From contig NMRA01000025.1 in assembly GCA_002633005.1 (NCBI GenBank), forward strand, positions 875,390 to 939,389: 64,000 nt of DNA. The letters run 5' to 3'. A model generated the notes under the pieces. It did not search any database, had not been told where the DNA came from, and saw only the letters and a program-made list of their open reading frames with translations. Origin of the DNA: Phoronis australis. Its lineage: Eukaryota; Animalia; Phoronida. The position numbers and the translations under genes were made by a program. Below, in pieces: positions 13,501 to 28,344 of the stretch (positions are counted from its first letter, which is position 1; each line of letters begins with the position of its first letter).

Positions 13501-16500
13501 GGCCACAATGCATGGCGTGCAGAACTCTGAAGCTTGCTTACGAAGGACACACTCAATAATGTCGTTGTCGCCTGGTAACATGAACAATTAAATGGGCAAT
13601 CTTCATAGGTGTAATCGTTATGTAATCGCCCAATTGTTTGTATTGTGCATGTATTTTTTACCCGTGTATCTGTATGTGAAGCAGGGCCTGTATGTGAAGT
13701 ACTTGTGATTTCTAGGAGCATGTTTGTTGAATAGCATGTGTCAGGTTGACTTATCCAAAACGGTAGATATGAATGGATTTCCCCTTTGAAATTTCCTTTT
13801 GGTCATAAACCATGCGACAGTGACTGAGTTTCACTGATGTCTTCAGGACTTGGAATTTTCCTCTTTTAAGAGGATTTCCCCTTTTTTAGTTTCAATTTCT
13901 TCACTTGATTTCCAGTTTACTGTTTTTCCGTCTCTTTTTTATCAATATTTTGACTTTATTCATGTAAAATGTTTATTTCAGTTAAATTTCATGACACAAA
14001 AAACATTTCTATCAAACAAGCCTATTTATTTGTGGAACGATACATCACCTGTAAAATTTTCTTCTTTTTTGTCATTTGTCATTCCAAGCCACGTGTATTG
14101 CAGAATATTCAAATTTGAGATTAATTAATGCATTGAATAGTTTTAAAAATAGGCAAAATTTACTAAAAAATACCCAGTTCAAAACATGCGGAAGTAGAAG
14201 AACCTCATTGCAAATGAGTGAAAAGTGGCTAGTGAAATTTGATTTAAGGGGAAATCCAAAGTCTCAAGTGTTGTTTTCATTAACAACGTTGTAGGCACAT
14301 TCCAACGTTATAACTAGTGATCCAACTTCCCTATAGATGTTATTTTTCCTTCTGTAACATTAAAGTTGTACATCTCAAATTTCACAACATTTGAGTATTC
14401 TGATAATCTGTATAATCTCACCGTTGCGTGGGTCATTTCAGAGTCTTATTGTAGTGTGATGGGAGGCAACAATGTCTTCACCACATTTAAAGCCATCACT
14501 CCTCAAAAAAAATTACCTGAACGCTCCATCATTATGGCAATGACGAAGGTGAAGTATTATTTATGTCAGTCAGCTTGGTTTATTTATTGTCAAGTCTTGG
14601 TATTCTCCACAATCTGTTTCCACTCGTCACTGCGTCCAGTTTGAACTTTGCCGTGATGAGTTTGGTTTACTTGCGTCTAGTTTGAAAACCTATGCAACGA
14701 GTTTGAAGTATTGGGAGATTAGTCATTTTTTAAGCAAATCGTGATATGTTGGACTTTTAATACCAAAATCAATGTATTTATTCCAAGACTTAACACACAG
14801 TCTCCAATGTACGGAGGTGGACTTTCGAATACGTACACGAATTTTATAATTTCAGTCGAGTTTGAGTTTTCTTTTGTGGAGAACGCTGAGGGTGTAATGG
14901 TTTTTAGGATGTTTTGTCTAATAATCCCTTTTATCTTAGAGAAAGATCGATATTGAGTCTCGAATGACTAGTTTGTATCAATGACAGTTTTAAAATGAAA
15001 TTGGCTTTGAACGTTTTTGCAACTAGTACTTTTAAGAAAAAAAGCAATGACTGGGTTTTGTTGGTTTGTGCAAAGTTTAAGTTATGCTACAGCAAAAGTG
15101 TTTGATGCAGGTTGACACTACTTGCAGCTATGCACTTAACAGTTCAACCAATCTGTAATTGTCTTTTCTGATCACAAAAGCTGATTCGGATCCTTGTTCA
15201 CATCACCATGGATACGTGCAGTTCATGATAAAAGCAATCGGACAAAATACTGTATCCCTGTCATGACGGCTAATTCTGTTAACAAAAATTATTGTTTGTA
15301 ACTTTTGTGTACAAAAGCAGTGTTCTCTTAATTCCCCCTTTGTGTCGGTTATCAAGAAAAATTATAATTCTGAAGCTGAATTCCTCTTCCGTCCGCGTGT
15401 GATGACAGGGAATGCCGGGTCATTTTATCCGAACACTTTAAAATTTGGCTTTTACTGCATGACTGTCTCGTAACTTATTGCGTTTGGCGCGCTTGCAGAT
15501 GGACTCAACGTCCTTTTTTTATGAAGCTACACCTGGTGCTAACAGTCCCACGTCATGTAAGTAGTTATGCTGTCAACATTTTCTTAGTACATTTTATTTC
15601 AGTTAGTGTTGTAGATAAATACAAAACAAGACATTACTGCCCAGGAATTGAAGTAACGTTATACCCAAGTAACATTAGTTAGGCTCATGGCAACAAATTG
15701 CCTTCATTGTGCAGTGAGATGTTTAAAGCTGCTATATGCAAGTTTAGCAAATGAGGTGATTAAAATCAAAGTGAGCCTTTTTTATTTTGACACCAGAGCG
15801 AGTTGTGATATTTGTTCCCCCTTGCTGTTTGTCCTTCCTTGCATTCTCGAATAGCCACAGGTTAGACTTTTTAAAGGACCTTATGATTAAATTTCTTGTG
15901 ATTATTGTTAGAGAATGGTTTTTTGTTTTTTTCCTACCACAGTCGAAGGTCATGATTCATTTTGTTTACTTATAAAAGACGAAAAATTCAGTCTATTTCA
16001 TTGAATTTTATTTGCCTTATTTACCCAACTCGGGTTCAGCAACTTTAAATATTTCCTGGAAAAAACCAGCCACAATATTTTTGGAGAGTAAAATTAAGTT
16101 TGGTCTTGGTCATGCGTGGCCACATCTTGTCTTCCAGAGTTTGAGAGTCAGAGTGGATGATGGTTTCATGCTCTCTTTACTCTAAAGAGCTGTGTTTTGG
16201 TACCTTTTCACACTGTGTATTAAATGTCATACCATTCAATTCCAGCCGTGGTCGCTCTTTTGGCCGCTGGTCAGGTGCTCGGCATGCAACCAATCAAAGA
16301 CGAGATCATCTCTTCGGACAATGACATAATGTTGACGTTCTTAGATGGAGTGAGTCATCCTCTTGCTAGTTATGGCCGTTTCATAATTATCCATTATTTT
16401 AGCACAATTTTGGACTGTATTGATTTTCAAATGAGTTGTTGGATTTTTAATACAATGTGCATGACAAGTATAAATATTTGCCATGCACATTGTATCAAAC

Positions 16501-19500
16501 TGTATTGCTCTATAAACTGCTATAAAATAGTTACTGTTTTATAGCAGTTCATAGAGCAATAGACAGCCGGTAGATAGTGAGTGTTATTATTTGAGTCATG
16601 TCCAGAAAATCGACAATTTACAGATTCAAAGATAGAGTTAAGCTTAAACAATCTTAAAGCTAGATCAATGTATAAGCATTCCAATGATTTCTTTTCAAGT
16701 GTCTTTATGTTATTGTTTTGGTTGAACTTTCTAGGAGTCTTTTGACTACATTGGCTCCAGTCGCATGGCTTATGATATGGCCAATGGCAAGTTTCGAGCT
16801 AACGTGACTGACAGAAGCAAGGGGCTGCACAGTATATCATTGGACGATATAAAAGGCATTGTTGAGATCAGCCAGGTTGGGCTAGGGGTCAAGACTAATC
16901 AGCTGTACCTGCACACTGATGCCAAGAACCGAGCTCAGCCTTATGTAGGTCCACCCTTGCGGCACATTTTCTAGATTTAGAAACTAATACCAGTCCTGTA
17001 TCTGAACCTGTGCTTATATTTATGTAAGGATCAGGTGTCCTATGAGAAAGACTTCCGCAAAAACTGAGGAGTAAGTTTTTGAAATAGCGTGTGAGTGCAG
17101 CTTAAATTATGGTACGGGACGGTAAACATTTGGTGCACTTTGATGGAAACTTTTAAAAAAACGTTGTTCCAGGCATATATGCAAGGGCCTGTATATTTGC
17201 ATGTATATCATATGTGTGGTGGCTAGTACTGCGATATCAACTGCAATCTTTAATTGTGATTTTCCTGAAATGAAATTAAAGTACGGTTGCGGTGTATTTG
17301 ATGGTGATCAGGCTGTGAAATATTGACATTGTCTCCATTGCATTCTTTTAAAAAAATGTTATGCAACCCATTTTCGTTAGCCTATCGCAATGGGAAGCCA
17401 GGTAGCACCAGACATGACCACTCTGTGAAGGTTTTTGTTCCGTTTTGGAATCCCGTGTTGAATGTGGTTTTAAGTCGGGTGTGTAATTGGGGTGTTTGCT
17501 GGTTCCTCTGTTGGAGGTCAACTACTTTGCGTCTCCTTGTCATGCTACAATAAGGCTCAGTTTGTTCCCATATTCACATTTAACTTCTCATGTTTCATTC
17601 TGATTTGTCGTTCAAGGTTGGTGAAATGCTGAAGGTGTTCAACTCCACTGCACCAAATGTCAATCTCAGTGTTACTGAGGCAACAACCAAGACACTTCCA
17701 CCTGCATCACTACAGTCATTCCTGAAGCACAGCAACAAAGTACCAGGTGTACTGATTGCCGACCATGACAAAACCTTCCTCAACCAGTAACTATTTCATG
17801 TACACTTTGGTAGACAGTCATTCCTGGCTTGGATTTCAATTCTCTACTCACTTTAAGTTATTTTGTATATATGTGAGGCTTAATAATTGCTTTTCTGATT
17901 TATCAATACATTGGAAGGGTCTGTTGGCTTCAATTACTGTTATCATTTCTCTCATTGTGCTTTGTATTACGATCTGCAACTTTTTCTGATAATTACATGT
18001 CAGACTTAAACACTGCCTGTATTTTTGGTAATTGTTATCTTGTTGTTTTGGAAAATATTGAATTTCGTTCATTTTATTGTGTATTTGATTGCTGGTATGC
18101 TCACCATAGTCAAGTGAATTGCTTATGAGCATGTAAAGTCATATTTTATGAATCAGTGTTTTAATTAATGCATGTTAGGAATGGGTAAAATGAAATGGTC
18201 ACAGAGGCTGACGTGTACCTGTGTTATTCCAGGTTCTATCACAGCATCTATGACGAGGCAGAACTGATTGATGCTGAGTACCCTGTAGATCTTCCCGAAA
18301 ATGAGACCATTGTGACTAAACAAGCTGAGCATCTCCAGAAGGTGGCAACACTAGTGGCGAGGGCGCTGTACACAATGGCAACGGGTAAACCTGACAGCAC
18401 ACATATTGAAGCAAACCTAACAACGGTGGGTCTGGTCTCTCTTTCATGTTCATGCAATCTTGTGTCAGCGTCTAATCTTTGTACTATAAATAGATCTTGG
18501 AAATTATTTTTTATCCACATAAACTGTATTACACTTGAGCACAGAATATTAGACACTTATCTACAGATCACAGAAAAGCAAAAAACCAAAAATAATTCTG
18601 AATTCAATTCTGATTAGACCCCTGGCCCAGATATGTTGTCTGCGATATGCAGTTGATGGATGTGTGTGCAGTACAAAAACTTTCATCAAAAGTCTGGCAT
18701 GAAAAAATTATCAATCAAAACACACTCTGGAAACTCTATTTGAGTTCAAATTTTCTGCCCACTCCTTCCACGGATTCAGAAGAGCAGTGTGCTGCATCTT
18801 CCTCTGTCATGGTTTGTGGACAACTAACAACTCTGTGTGCTCTGAACTCAAGTCTGTAAGCTCCATGGCCAGAGAACAGTTACCGCCTCCAGATCTACAC
18901 AGACTGCCAGCTAGTAATCAATTAAGCTTTTTACAGGTCTGCTCACTGAATTGTTCCTTGACCCTGATACTATTGTGTCACATCATGTTCAGTTGCTCGT
19001 TTCTTTATTTCAGGTCAATCGTCTACTGTACTGTTACGTTCACAACAGATCATGTGACCTGTTCCAGTCTGTGCTTAGTGTTAGCAATGGCAATTTATTA
19101 GGTGAGTCAAACGTGATGTGACATTTTTCCTTGTCTTGACACACTAAGTATCAAAACTATGACAAATTAAGAACATTGAACAAATGATTGAGTTTAATGG
19201 TATAAACACGAAACACGAAAATAATTTGGCAGGCACGCTACGTGTGGCAGGCATGCTAGGCGTGGCAGGCACGCTACGTGTGGCAGGCACGCTAGGCATG
19301 GCAGGCACGCTAGGCGTGGCAGGCACGCTACGCCTGCCAGGCACACTACGCATGGCAGAGCTTTCAGGATGGAATTATGAGCTTAAAAAAACTTTTCGCA
19401 CGGAAAACCGTGAAATAATTTCAGCTACAACGGAGATTGAAAAATTCTTGGTCCCTGGTTTGGAGAAATAAATAAAGTGATCTGTTGGCATTGGCATTGT

Positions 19501-22403
19501 TACTGTTGCGTTAACTATGATTTTTCTTTCCAGCCAAACAACAAAATTTCTCTCTATATGTGGGAGTTTCTTACCAAAGCAGTTGGCTGACCTTATTAAC
19601 CAGAAATCTACTAGCCCTCTACACTGGTGAAGTGGCCAACATAACTTACAGCGATGAAAGCCCTGAATCCGACAATGATAAGAAGTGTAAAGATTTGAAT
19701 CGCAACAGCAAAGACAAGGTGTAGATTAAAAATGGCGTTATCATAACAGTTTGTTCTGGTCTATGTTTTGTTTTGTTTTTGAAAATGGAGTTGGTATTAC
19801 GCTTCTTTCATAGTTGTTATCTTTTTCAAAAAAGAGAATCCACCAAAGGTGAGCAAAAACTATGCAGGATTTGTTTTTCATTTAATGCAGGCAGGCATTT
19901 TGGATCATTTCAAAATGAATCGGGGTAGAGACCAGAACGAACTGTGCATTTTTTTGACATTGTGTATAATTTTGTCTAGATAACAATCCTGTGAAATTAT
20001 TTCTCATGTGCTCCACAAGTTAATGACTAATCATTCTGAAACTAGTAAGTTGTGCCTCGGCACCATGTGATTTTATAAACTACTTATTTTTTCTTGTCGG
20101 TGAAGTTTGTTGCATCCAGGACATTTTTCCTGGACTGACCGGCGTTCCTTGGGTTGTTACCGGATATAACGTTCCCGTAGTTTTCTCCACTGAATAACAG
20201 ACATCAAACTGGTTCTCAAAATGTGGACATGTTATGTCTGATTATTGCTCTTCCTTCCTCGCTCCATTCATCGCCATCCTTCCATTCTCGTTCCAGTCAT
20301 CCCTGTATTCTCTTCCTCAATTGTTCTGCCTGCCTTTCATGCGGTTGATCATATTTTTCCATTTAGATTTAAACTAATTCAACATGTAATGCATTTTTGA
20401 TTTGTGCTCTAGGTGTTTTGTGTCCAAATTCTCTCTCGTTTCTAAATGTTTCATTGTTCCTGCATGTGTAGATGTTAATTAAGGAACTAACTGTTTCAGG
20501 ATGAGCCTTGGTTCTACTTGCCACAGCAGGGACCTCTGGTGGATGGTGTGAGACACCCCGCCTGTATTAAAACTCTTGCCAACTACTCCTCTGCTATATC
20601 ACCAGCTTTTGTCATATCTGGTATGCACCTCATCTCTTAGAAATTTTTTATAATGTTTATTATGAAAAATGTAATGTACAATTATAATTGGAATTAAGTC
20701 CAGAAAGTGCTTTATAGCCTAGAAGGCATTATGTCTCCTAGGAATCATTTACACTTGCTGAGTCAGACATCCTTCATACTTCTGGTGACTGTTTCATGAA
20801 AAGTGACTTAAGACTCAAATCAATAATTTGGTCGTACGCTCCACACAACTACAAGTATTTGGTCGTACGCTCCACACAACTACAAGTATTTCTGAGAAAT
20901 ATTAAATCTCACTTGTCAGAGCAAAAATGCAAAGTTTCTTAGAATAAATTATTCACACATAACTGCTAGTTATTGAGATAATAAATTATTTCTGGAGTTT
21001 GATGCGCTTGTAATTACTTGCCTTGGATAAACTTTTTCAACAGTTGTCAAGTGGGAGCGCAAGATTATGTCACTTACATGAAGAAGATCTGTGGTGAAAT
21101 TTAATTGAATCTAGCTTTTTAAAAGTTTTTATAAGAATATCTCTGTTTAAAAACAGGCATTAGGATATATGTCTTTTTCACTTGTTGGTCAGTCTTCTCT
21201 TGTCCACAGCAAATAAGGTGGCTGTTTCATGGTAAGTGGCTTACACTCACACTTCACAAATGTTGGATGAAGTTTTATCCAAATAATTATGAGGGGATCG
21301 CAGTTTAGAAATAATTGATAGAAATTATCTCAGTAGCAAGCAGCTGTTTGTATGTCCGTGGAGGCTGAACTTTTGCTTTAGTGAGATTTATTTATTTTTC
21401 AGAAATAGTGGTGGGGAGCTTAATATCAAATAGTTGTGGGAGCTTAATATCAAATTGCTGACTTAAGCCTTAAGTCACTTTTCGTTTTCATGAAGTTTGT
21501 TTTCATTCTCTTCTGGAGGAAAGAGTATGTGTCCTTTGTACAATGTGTCAAATGTGTCTATACTTCAAGTGGATATGAGATGTGTGTGCAACAACAGAGT
21601 TGTGGTGCACGAGAAAATGAATACAGCTAATCATGAGACAAGACATTTGTTGAGAATGGCGGGTGATCTTTGAAGAAGGATTCTCTGCCATGAATATAAA
21701 CATAGTTACTGTCAGTGGTTTCCATGACAGCAGCATTTTTGCATACAACAAGGGATGACGTTATCCATTAGCACAGTGTTTACCAGTAATCTTGCGAATA
21801 ATCTTTTAAGATTATTTTAAAAAAACTATTTTATCCTTTGCGCAGCCTTGAACATGTCTTAACGGTTGCAGAATTCTATACATTGGTCTTTTTTTCTCGT
21901 TCAAGGGGCAAATAAAAGGATGAAAATGGCGGTCGTTTTATTCTCTGTTTAACCACTTCGTCAATTCTTTTTAGGTTACAATTATTCTTCGGGAGAGTAT
22001 CCAACATGGGCAGAAAGTATTTGGTCCACCGAAATTTATGTCAAGGTTTTCATGATCCCCAGTGAGAAACTTAAGGTGAGTTGCTAGTCAGGATTTCTGT
22101 TAAGGTACCTGAGTAAATGTAATTCTCACTTTACTTGGCATTTGCTTGAAAAAATTCCCAATATTGTTGTAGCTTTATGTGCTTCATATGATTTTGAGAG
22201 CAATATTTTAGCAGAAAACGTTTACACGAGAATGTGATATCACTTCTATTATTTTGCAGACGGTCACCTTGTCCATAGGTGTCATCATCTTCCTTGTCTC
22301 CGGTGTCATCATTTACTTCGTGTCAAAACGCGCCAATATTCTGTTTGCCGGTAACACATCACAGGTGTTTGTGAGGTCAGAAGCCTCAGCCGTCTCCAGC
22401 TAG
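10512..22403 (+). CDS. NCSTN: Nicastrin (gamma-secretase subunit); 16 coding exons located, signal-peptide exon further upstream
   Basis: Phase-compatible GT-AG exons: 10512-10613, 11626-11758, 11984-12105, 13021-13163, 13433-13574, 14442-14548, 15499-15556, 16246-16349, 16735-16944, 17617-17786, 18233-18425, 19014-19101, 19534-19718, 20500-20620, 21975-22075, 22260-22403(TAG). Translation contains SVDKQIY..CFRILNGTHQFGCS, WNPFGSGL..PIF, MDSTSFF, the hallmark GESFDYIGSSRMAYDM, FYHSIYD, AISPAF, YPTWAESIW and a single C-terminal TM (VTLSIGVIIFLVSGVIIYFV). Confidence 0.97.
19225..19358. repeat. 18-bp minisatellite, about 7 copies, nicastrin intron
   Basis: Unit gcaggcacgcta(c/g)g(t/c)gtg. Confidence 0.9.
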
Positions 22404-22645
22404 GTCTTTCCGTCTGTTTTCGCCTCTGAAGGTCAAAGTCTGAAAAGGACTGTTTCTTGTTCCTAGTTGTTTATGCANATTTACTTCGTGTCAAAACGCG
22501 CCAATATTCTGTTTGCCGGTAACACATCACAGGTGTTTGTGAGGTCAGAAGCCTTAGCCGTCTCCAGCTAGGTCTTTCCGTCTGTTTTTGCCGCTGAAGG
22601 TCAAAGTCTGAAAAGGACTGTTTCTTGTTCCTAGTTGTTTATGCA
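22311..22645 (+). repeat. About 167-bp tandem duplicate of the nicastrin last-exon end, separated by a single n (probable assembly join)
   Basis: 22311-22477 recurs at 22479-22645 with a few substitutions, directly across n at 22478. Confidence 0.8.
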
Positions 22646-23793
22646 AAATTCCGGAAAGTCAAATGCTGCTTGAAAGTCAAGAAATCTCTGACACCTAATA
22701 CCTAACAATTTGTATACATTGTATCTCCTAATCAACAAATTTTTTTATCCGTTTTGCAAATCTAATGAAATGGAAAACTGCCACTGTGTTGCACGTGCAG
22801 CAGCTGTGGTTTCCTTAATTTTGCACCACCATTTTTTAATGTTACAAAAAATATAGTGTGCAATAGTAAGAGTTATGTCTGGGCCAGTTTTATGTTGAGT
22901 GAGGTATTCTCTAGTTTTGGCTGTCTTAGCTAACAAATGGATACTGCCTCATCGTGCCAGACTGTTGCTTGGAGACAAATTTTTCTTTCAGGTTTTGTCT
23001 TTATCAGTCTGCATCAATTTGTGGTATTTATAATTTATTTTGAAATATCAGAATCGGAATAGAAACCATCAAATCACATGTGTGCTTCCCATAGTTTTGC
23101 ATTAGTCTATTCACTCTTAAATCATTCAGCACGAGACCATTGGAGCCATAACATGAAACCAGTGGCCACAACCTTTGTCCATCGTCAGTTTATCTTACAC
23201 ACAATCAGTGACTAGTGAAAACAAGGTTGATCACTGAAAAGAATGAAAACAATTTCACATATAGATATGTACATTGTTTTTTCTAGTTATTAGTGAAAAA
23301 TTTTATTTGGTCTTATGTTTGTCACACACACACAAAAACTCTTTTTTAATTAGCATCTTCAGTTGGCTATACCTTTGGCATTTTAGTGATAGGAATTTTC
23401 TTAAAACTGCATTTTTCCGTTTATTTGTAAATGGTGAATTCTTAATGGAGCTTTAGGGTTTAAAAACATTCTCACGGTCATTTAAACTTGAAATGTTGCC
23501 AACTGATCCGGCAGTTGAAGCCACTGGCAATGCATACTGCACACAGCTTTTTGAATTCACAATTTTAGGGTTGTCCAACCCCAAGTCTCTTAAGTGTTTT
23601 CTTCAGTTGCTGATGGTTTCCACTTTCTTGTTAGTTACAAAAATGGAATCCTATCGCAGAAAGGAGTGTTATGAGAATGATTTTATGAAAGTAAGAGGCC
23701 TAAATACAGCAAAATGCAACTTTAAATAGTTAGAAGCAGCAAGCAGTCCTTTTCAGTTCCAAGTGTTAGCATTTCTATATTTTATCAAAAAAG

Positions 23794-24235
23794 TTAAAAA
23801 CCGGACGATCGCCGCACAAATAAAAAAGTTCATGTTCAATTCAACGTTTCGTCTTTTCATAAGACATCAGGATCATATTTACAACAATTTAGGACAACAA
23901 GTGCCAACATACAGCTCGGGTAACATCCATAAATTGAAGTAAGATATACAGGAATATAGTCAGTAGCTGGTCATCACCATAGTTGCAGGGTCACTGAGCT
24001 ACTGATTCTGTGAATAACATGCAGAGCTCAGTGACCCTGCAGCTATGGTTATGACCAGCTACTGACTATATTCCCTGTATCTCTCCCTTCACTTTATGGA
24101 TGTTACCCGAGCTGTATGTTGGCACTTGTTGTCCTAAATTGTTGTAAATATGATCCTGATGATGTCTAATGAAAAGATGATACGTTGAATTGAACATGAA
24201 CTTTTTTATTTGTGCGGCGATCGTCCGGTTTTTAA
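23794..24235. mobile_element. Near-perfect foldback (about 205-bp arms, 24-nt loop), TTAA-bounded
   Basis: ttaaaaaccggacgatcgccgcac...tcactgagct / agctcagtga...gtgcggcgatcgtccggtttttaa. Confidence 0.85.
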
Positions 24236-24994
24236 TCTTATTGTGGCCAAAAACTGATTTAAGTACCAAATAAGTTCCATAGTGTATGAAGTGTTCTTCA
24301 AAAACATGATGGATGTGACCACTGACTGTCCTTGAAAGCTGTCAAATAGTTTGAATCACAGATAGAAGAAATGCTTATGCATGTTAGTCCATTGATGTCA
24401 TGAGGATCTTGGCAGGGTCAACTTAATGTGTGGCCCAATATATGTGTCTCCTTAGTGTGTGTACCTAGTGATGAACGAAGGGTAACAAGACATGACTGTA
24501 ATGCGTGATAGCATACAAAGACGTTGTAGCATTTCAGTCGGTTTGTGATTGTTATGCACTAAAATATATTTGCGAATGCGAAAACCTGAACTGAAAAGAT
24601 AGTCGTTGACGGTAACGAGTTATAACAAAGTAAAATGACGACTGTCTAGTATGTAATGAGATTTTTCAGTCCTTTAGAGTGCAGCCAAGGTTTCAAACTG
24701 TCAATACAAATAAGTCTAGTAGGTGGCAGTGAGAAGCAATCCCGTGAATTCTACCTGATTCAGGGTTTCACTGTGTGTAATTATGAATACTAAGTCACTG
24801 TGGAATGAATGATTTCAGTCAAAAACATGAACCAAAACAAGTTTTCATGGACAGCTTTGCATGGGGTTTCATAACGCAAAGATGAAACTTTCTAGACAGG
24901 GAGCCTTGTTGAATATTGATGTTCTTATTTATTTTTTGTACTTTGTGTGTAGAAAATAACTTTTTTGAAAACTGAATACTGCGTTATGAACACA

Positions 24995-25185
24995 CATTGA
25001 TCCTTATGGTGGTGACAGCATCCAATGAGCATATGTTGATCCTTATGGTGGTGACAGCATCCAATGAGCATATGTTGATCCTCATGGTGGTGACAGCATC
25101 CAATGAGCATATGTTGATCCTTATGGTGGTGACAGCATCCAATGAGCATATGTTGATCCTTATGGTGGTGACAGCATCCAATGAA
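24995..25185. repeat. 39-bp minisatellite, about 5 copies
   Basis: Unit ttgatccttatggtggtgacagcatccaatgagcatatg. Confidence 0.9.
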
Positions 25186-26575
25186 TTACTGTCAATACAA
25201 TAGTCATGTCATCTGTGAGATTAATAAATTTTAATAAGAGTACAACGTTCAATGATACGGAGTAAAAACAGTGTTTGTCATCTTTTGACCTTCATTAAGT
25301 TAACTGATGTATTTAAAATATTTTGTAATTGCTAATTTTGTGATCTTGGGATCCCACTTTGTTTAAAGTGGAGCACCATTTTGAAGCACACTCAAAGTTC
25401 AACAGATCAAGTAGAGTATCAGATTCCAGTATAAACTGCTCAGGCACAGATGCTTAGCCATGCAAGCCATTAGGTCCACAAAACCAAAACAAAGGGGGCG
25501 CTACAATTGAAATGACTGCATTATGTTTGTTTTGTCAGCCACTCAGAAATGATTATGCACAATACTTATTTGTTCCATGTTCCATCATATACTTATTTTC
25601 AAAGGTAGCAAAGCACACTTGTTATTGTTTTGAACTTGTCATTGTTTTATTATTTGTACATAATGCTTAATTGTATACAGTTTACTTAATGTAATAAAAA
25701 TTGGTATCTTTACAGCATTGCTTTAATTTTTAGATGTTATGAACCTCACAATAGTGTTGTCAACAAGAGATGATTTGCATGCCAAGCTTTCCTCAAAACA
25801 TATCTTCCAACTCAACTGGTAACATTTGAGGCAATAATGGACCCAACAGATTCTTGTAGCTGACAACTGTTTAACTTTTAAAGTCTCATATGTGCAAGCC
25901 AAGATACGTAATCCTTTTTAGCAGGTTGACGCACCCAAGAAACTTGATAGAAATGTTTACTTTTCACGTGTGTGTTGTTTTTAGGTGGATTTGTGAATAA
26001 TGAATATGGAAAATTTTGATCGCGTATTTTACATAACATTTATTTCCAAAGTCAACATGAGTTGACAAAACAACAATACTTTTCATAACAGTAATAAACA
26101 CATCCGAAGAGTTTCAAAATACAAGGACACTTTTCTACTTGGCTACTAAATAAAATGTAAAACTTAAAAGTACATTTAATATCATGCTGTTGCTGACATT
26201 CAGCACGACTAAGTTAAATATTTAACGTGTAGGTAAAATACCACAGACATAATGGCTGCACTTGATTGATTTCATAGGTTCTGCAAGGTCAACCAACTAA
26301 GATATCTGATTTGTTTAAAAGCTGTTGTCATTAAGATCCTATCGGATGTCTTGGCCAGTTGACCCAGCGCAGACAATCAAGTGCACCCAATACGTAAACA
26401 GGTATGCACTCTGTGTGACACTATTGCTTTGAGCTTTTCCGCTGATATATTTCAGCCTTTTAAAGATGACTTGGCAACACTCCATCTAAATCTCAGTTCT
26501 CGCATACAATTATGCAGGCTGTCAGAGTGAGGTGGCAAATCAATAAATACGTGATTAACTTGTTGGTGTCTCGTC

Positions 26576-27751
26576 TCATCGACTACTTGCTTTGTACGGT
26601 CTTCTGAACAACAAGATATGAGGTTCTGAAAGAAGAAAAAATGGACAGACCATGAGCGAAAAGATATCTAAGTATTGTAATCCATGTTCAGGAGCCAGAG
26701 TCTAACATTTGTACTCGCAACCGAGCTCAAAATTAGTCTGTGCTCGAATACAATATGCTTTATAGATATATATTTCTAGTCCGAGTTTGCACTTCATCAC
26801 CCCTATATCTGTGCTACAAGTAGGAACTCAAGATTTAAAGTAAAAACTTTGGGGTTCAAACTTTAAATCAGGGCAAGCCTCCAAATCTAAGTACTGCAAC
26901 TCTGCAAGTGTTGTATGCAACTAGTTTATGTAAGTATTGACAGGTTCCATATATAAATTCAGCACAACTAAACACAAAGAAATTTTCTGCAAATGACAAA
27001 TTTGGGAAAATTGTGCATTGTAGAACCCCCAAAACTCGCCCCAGTTGCACAAGAAATTTGCACCATAAACTAAACCAAAGAAAGTTTTAAATCGTAAAAT
27101 TCTTTGCCTTGAGGAGACAATGGTGTCGCCAATGCACCATTGTATGTCTATGATCGACAACACAGTGTTGTACATCAAGGCATATGTATGTAGCTCACTT
27201 TTCGTTCCAAAATGCTATCCCTTGAGTTTATGTCCTGAACTCGTATACGTAAATCTCTGGAAGCTGGGTGACTGCATTACACCTTGCAGTTCCAGTGTCA
27301 TCTTCTCCGGCATGACATGACCTACCTGGTATGTGCACCATGTAGTGTTCCCAGCCAGGTGACTGCTGCACGCCAAGGTTGCGCCACTCCGTCTCCGACA
27401 TCAGATGGTTCCTTGGCACAAACTTGGAAATTTCCTTTGGCAGCACCACATGTCTAAAATTATGAATGGCGATGTAAAAGAAAAGGAGAATACAAGAACC
27501 ATTTGAGATTTTAGCAGTGTAACCCCCAAAAGCATCACAGAAGGCAGCGCAGAGCTTCAGGCAAAATTTCCCCACCAAAGCTCCACCCATACTTAAGTAC
27601 AGTCAAATGTTGTGCCTGTTGCCCCAAACCCAAATATGGATAGAGGGTGGAGTCCTACCAGTTAATATATGCACAGCACAACTCACCTGTACTCGTAGTG
27701 CTCATCCATGTACTTCTCGGAGTACGATATGTTTTCTATGGCAGTAGACAT
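26576..27751 (-). CDS. CKS1: Cyclin-dependent kinase regulatory subunit CKS1/CKS2 (80 aa, 3 coding exons)
   Basis: Exons 27751-27687, 27453-27326, 26625-26576 give [80 protein letters not shown]. An acceptor near 27790 implies a non-coding first exon further upstream. Confidence 0.97.
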
Positions 27752-28344
27752 TGTGAACAACCACACAACACGCCTTTATTCATTGAAAGCTGAAAAGAAA
27801 ACATTTGAATAAAATTGATAAAGCTGCAAGCTAGTAAGAAAGTGACATTGACCCCTGACAAAGCACCAACAGGCATTAAAATCATACGGTTTTTGCAAGT
27901 TTTATTTTCAGATTTGGAACAGTAGCAACACAGAAATAGGAATAACTCAAGGTCAACTTAGAGAGACCTTGACTTCAGTTACATGAACTAAGGTGGGAGC
28001 TCACAAGCTGTAATAAAATTTATTCTTCCCAGATCGTTGCTTGTTTCTTTAACCATGGGCATTGGACTACAATTAACAACTGAAACGTCTCGGAAGTGGA
28101 CGATAGGGGATATGACGTCATACTACCTGCCACACGCTGTTTTTAAAAATGGCCAGTTTCCAATATTGGGAACTGAACAAAGGACTGCTCGAAGAAAAAG
28201 TTTGAAAACGGCAGTATTTGTTTGCCTATAGGAACTACACCGTCTCTATTTAGCCAGCTATAGACCGTGGTCACTGTCTATGGGCGCAAAACAAAACTAC
28301 CACTAGGAGGCGCCACAGTAGTCAGTCACCATCATCAAAGGTCG

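Noticed and set aside
19144-19471. Repetitive proteins (SVPAT / AGTLRV repeats)
   Set aside because: Translations of an intronic 18-bp minisatellite.
22479-22645. Duplicated nicastrin C-terminal exon as an alternative isoform
   Set aside because: Starts mid-exon exactly at an n with no acceptor; best explained as a contig or haplotype overlap.
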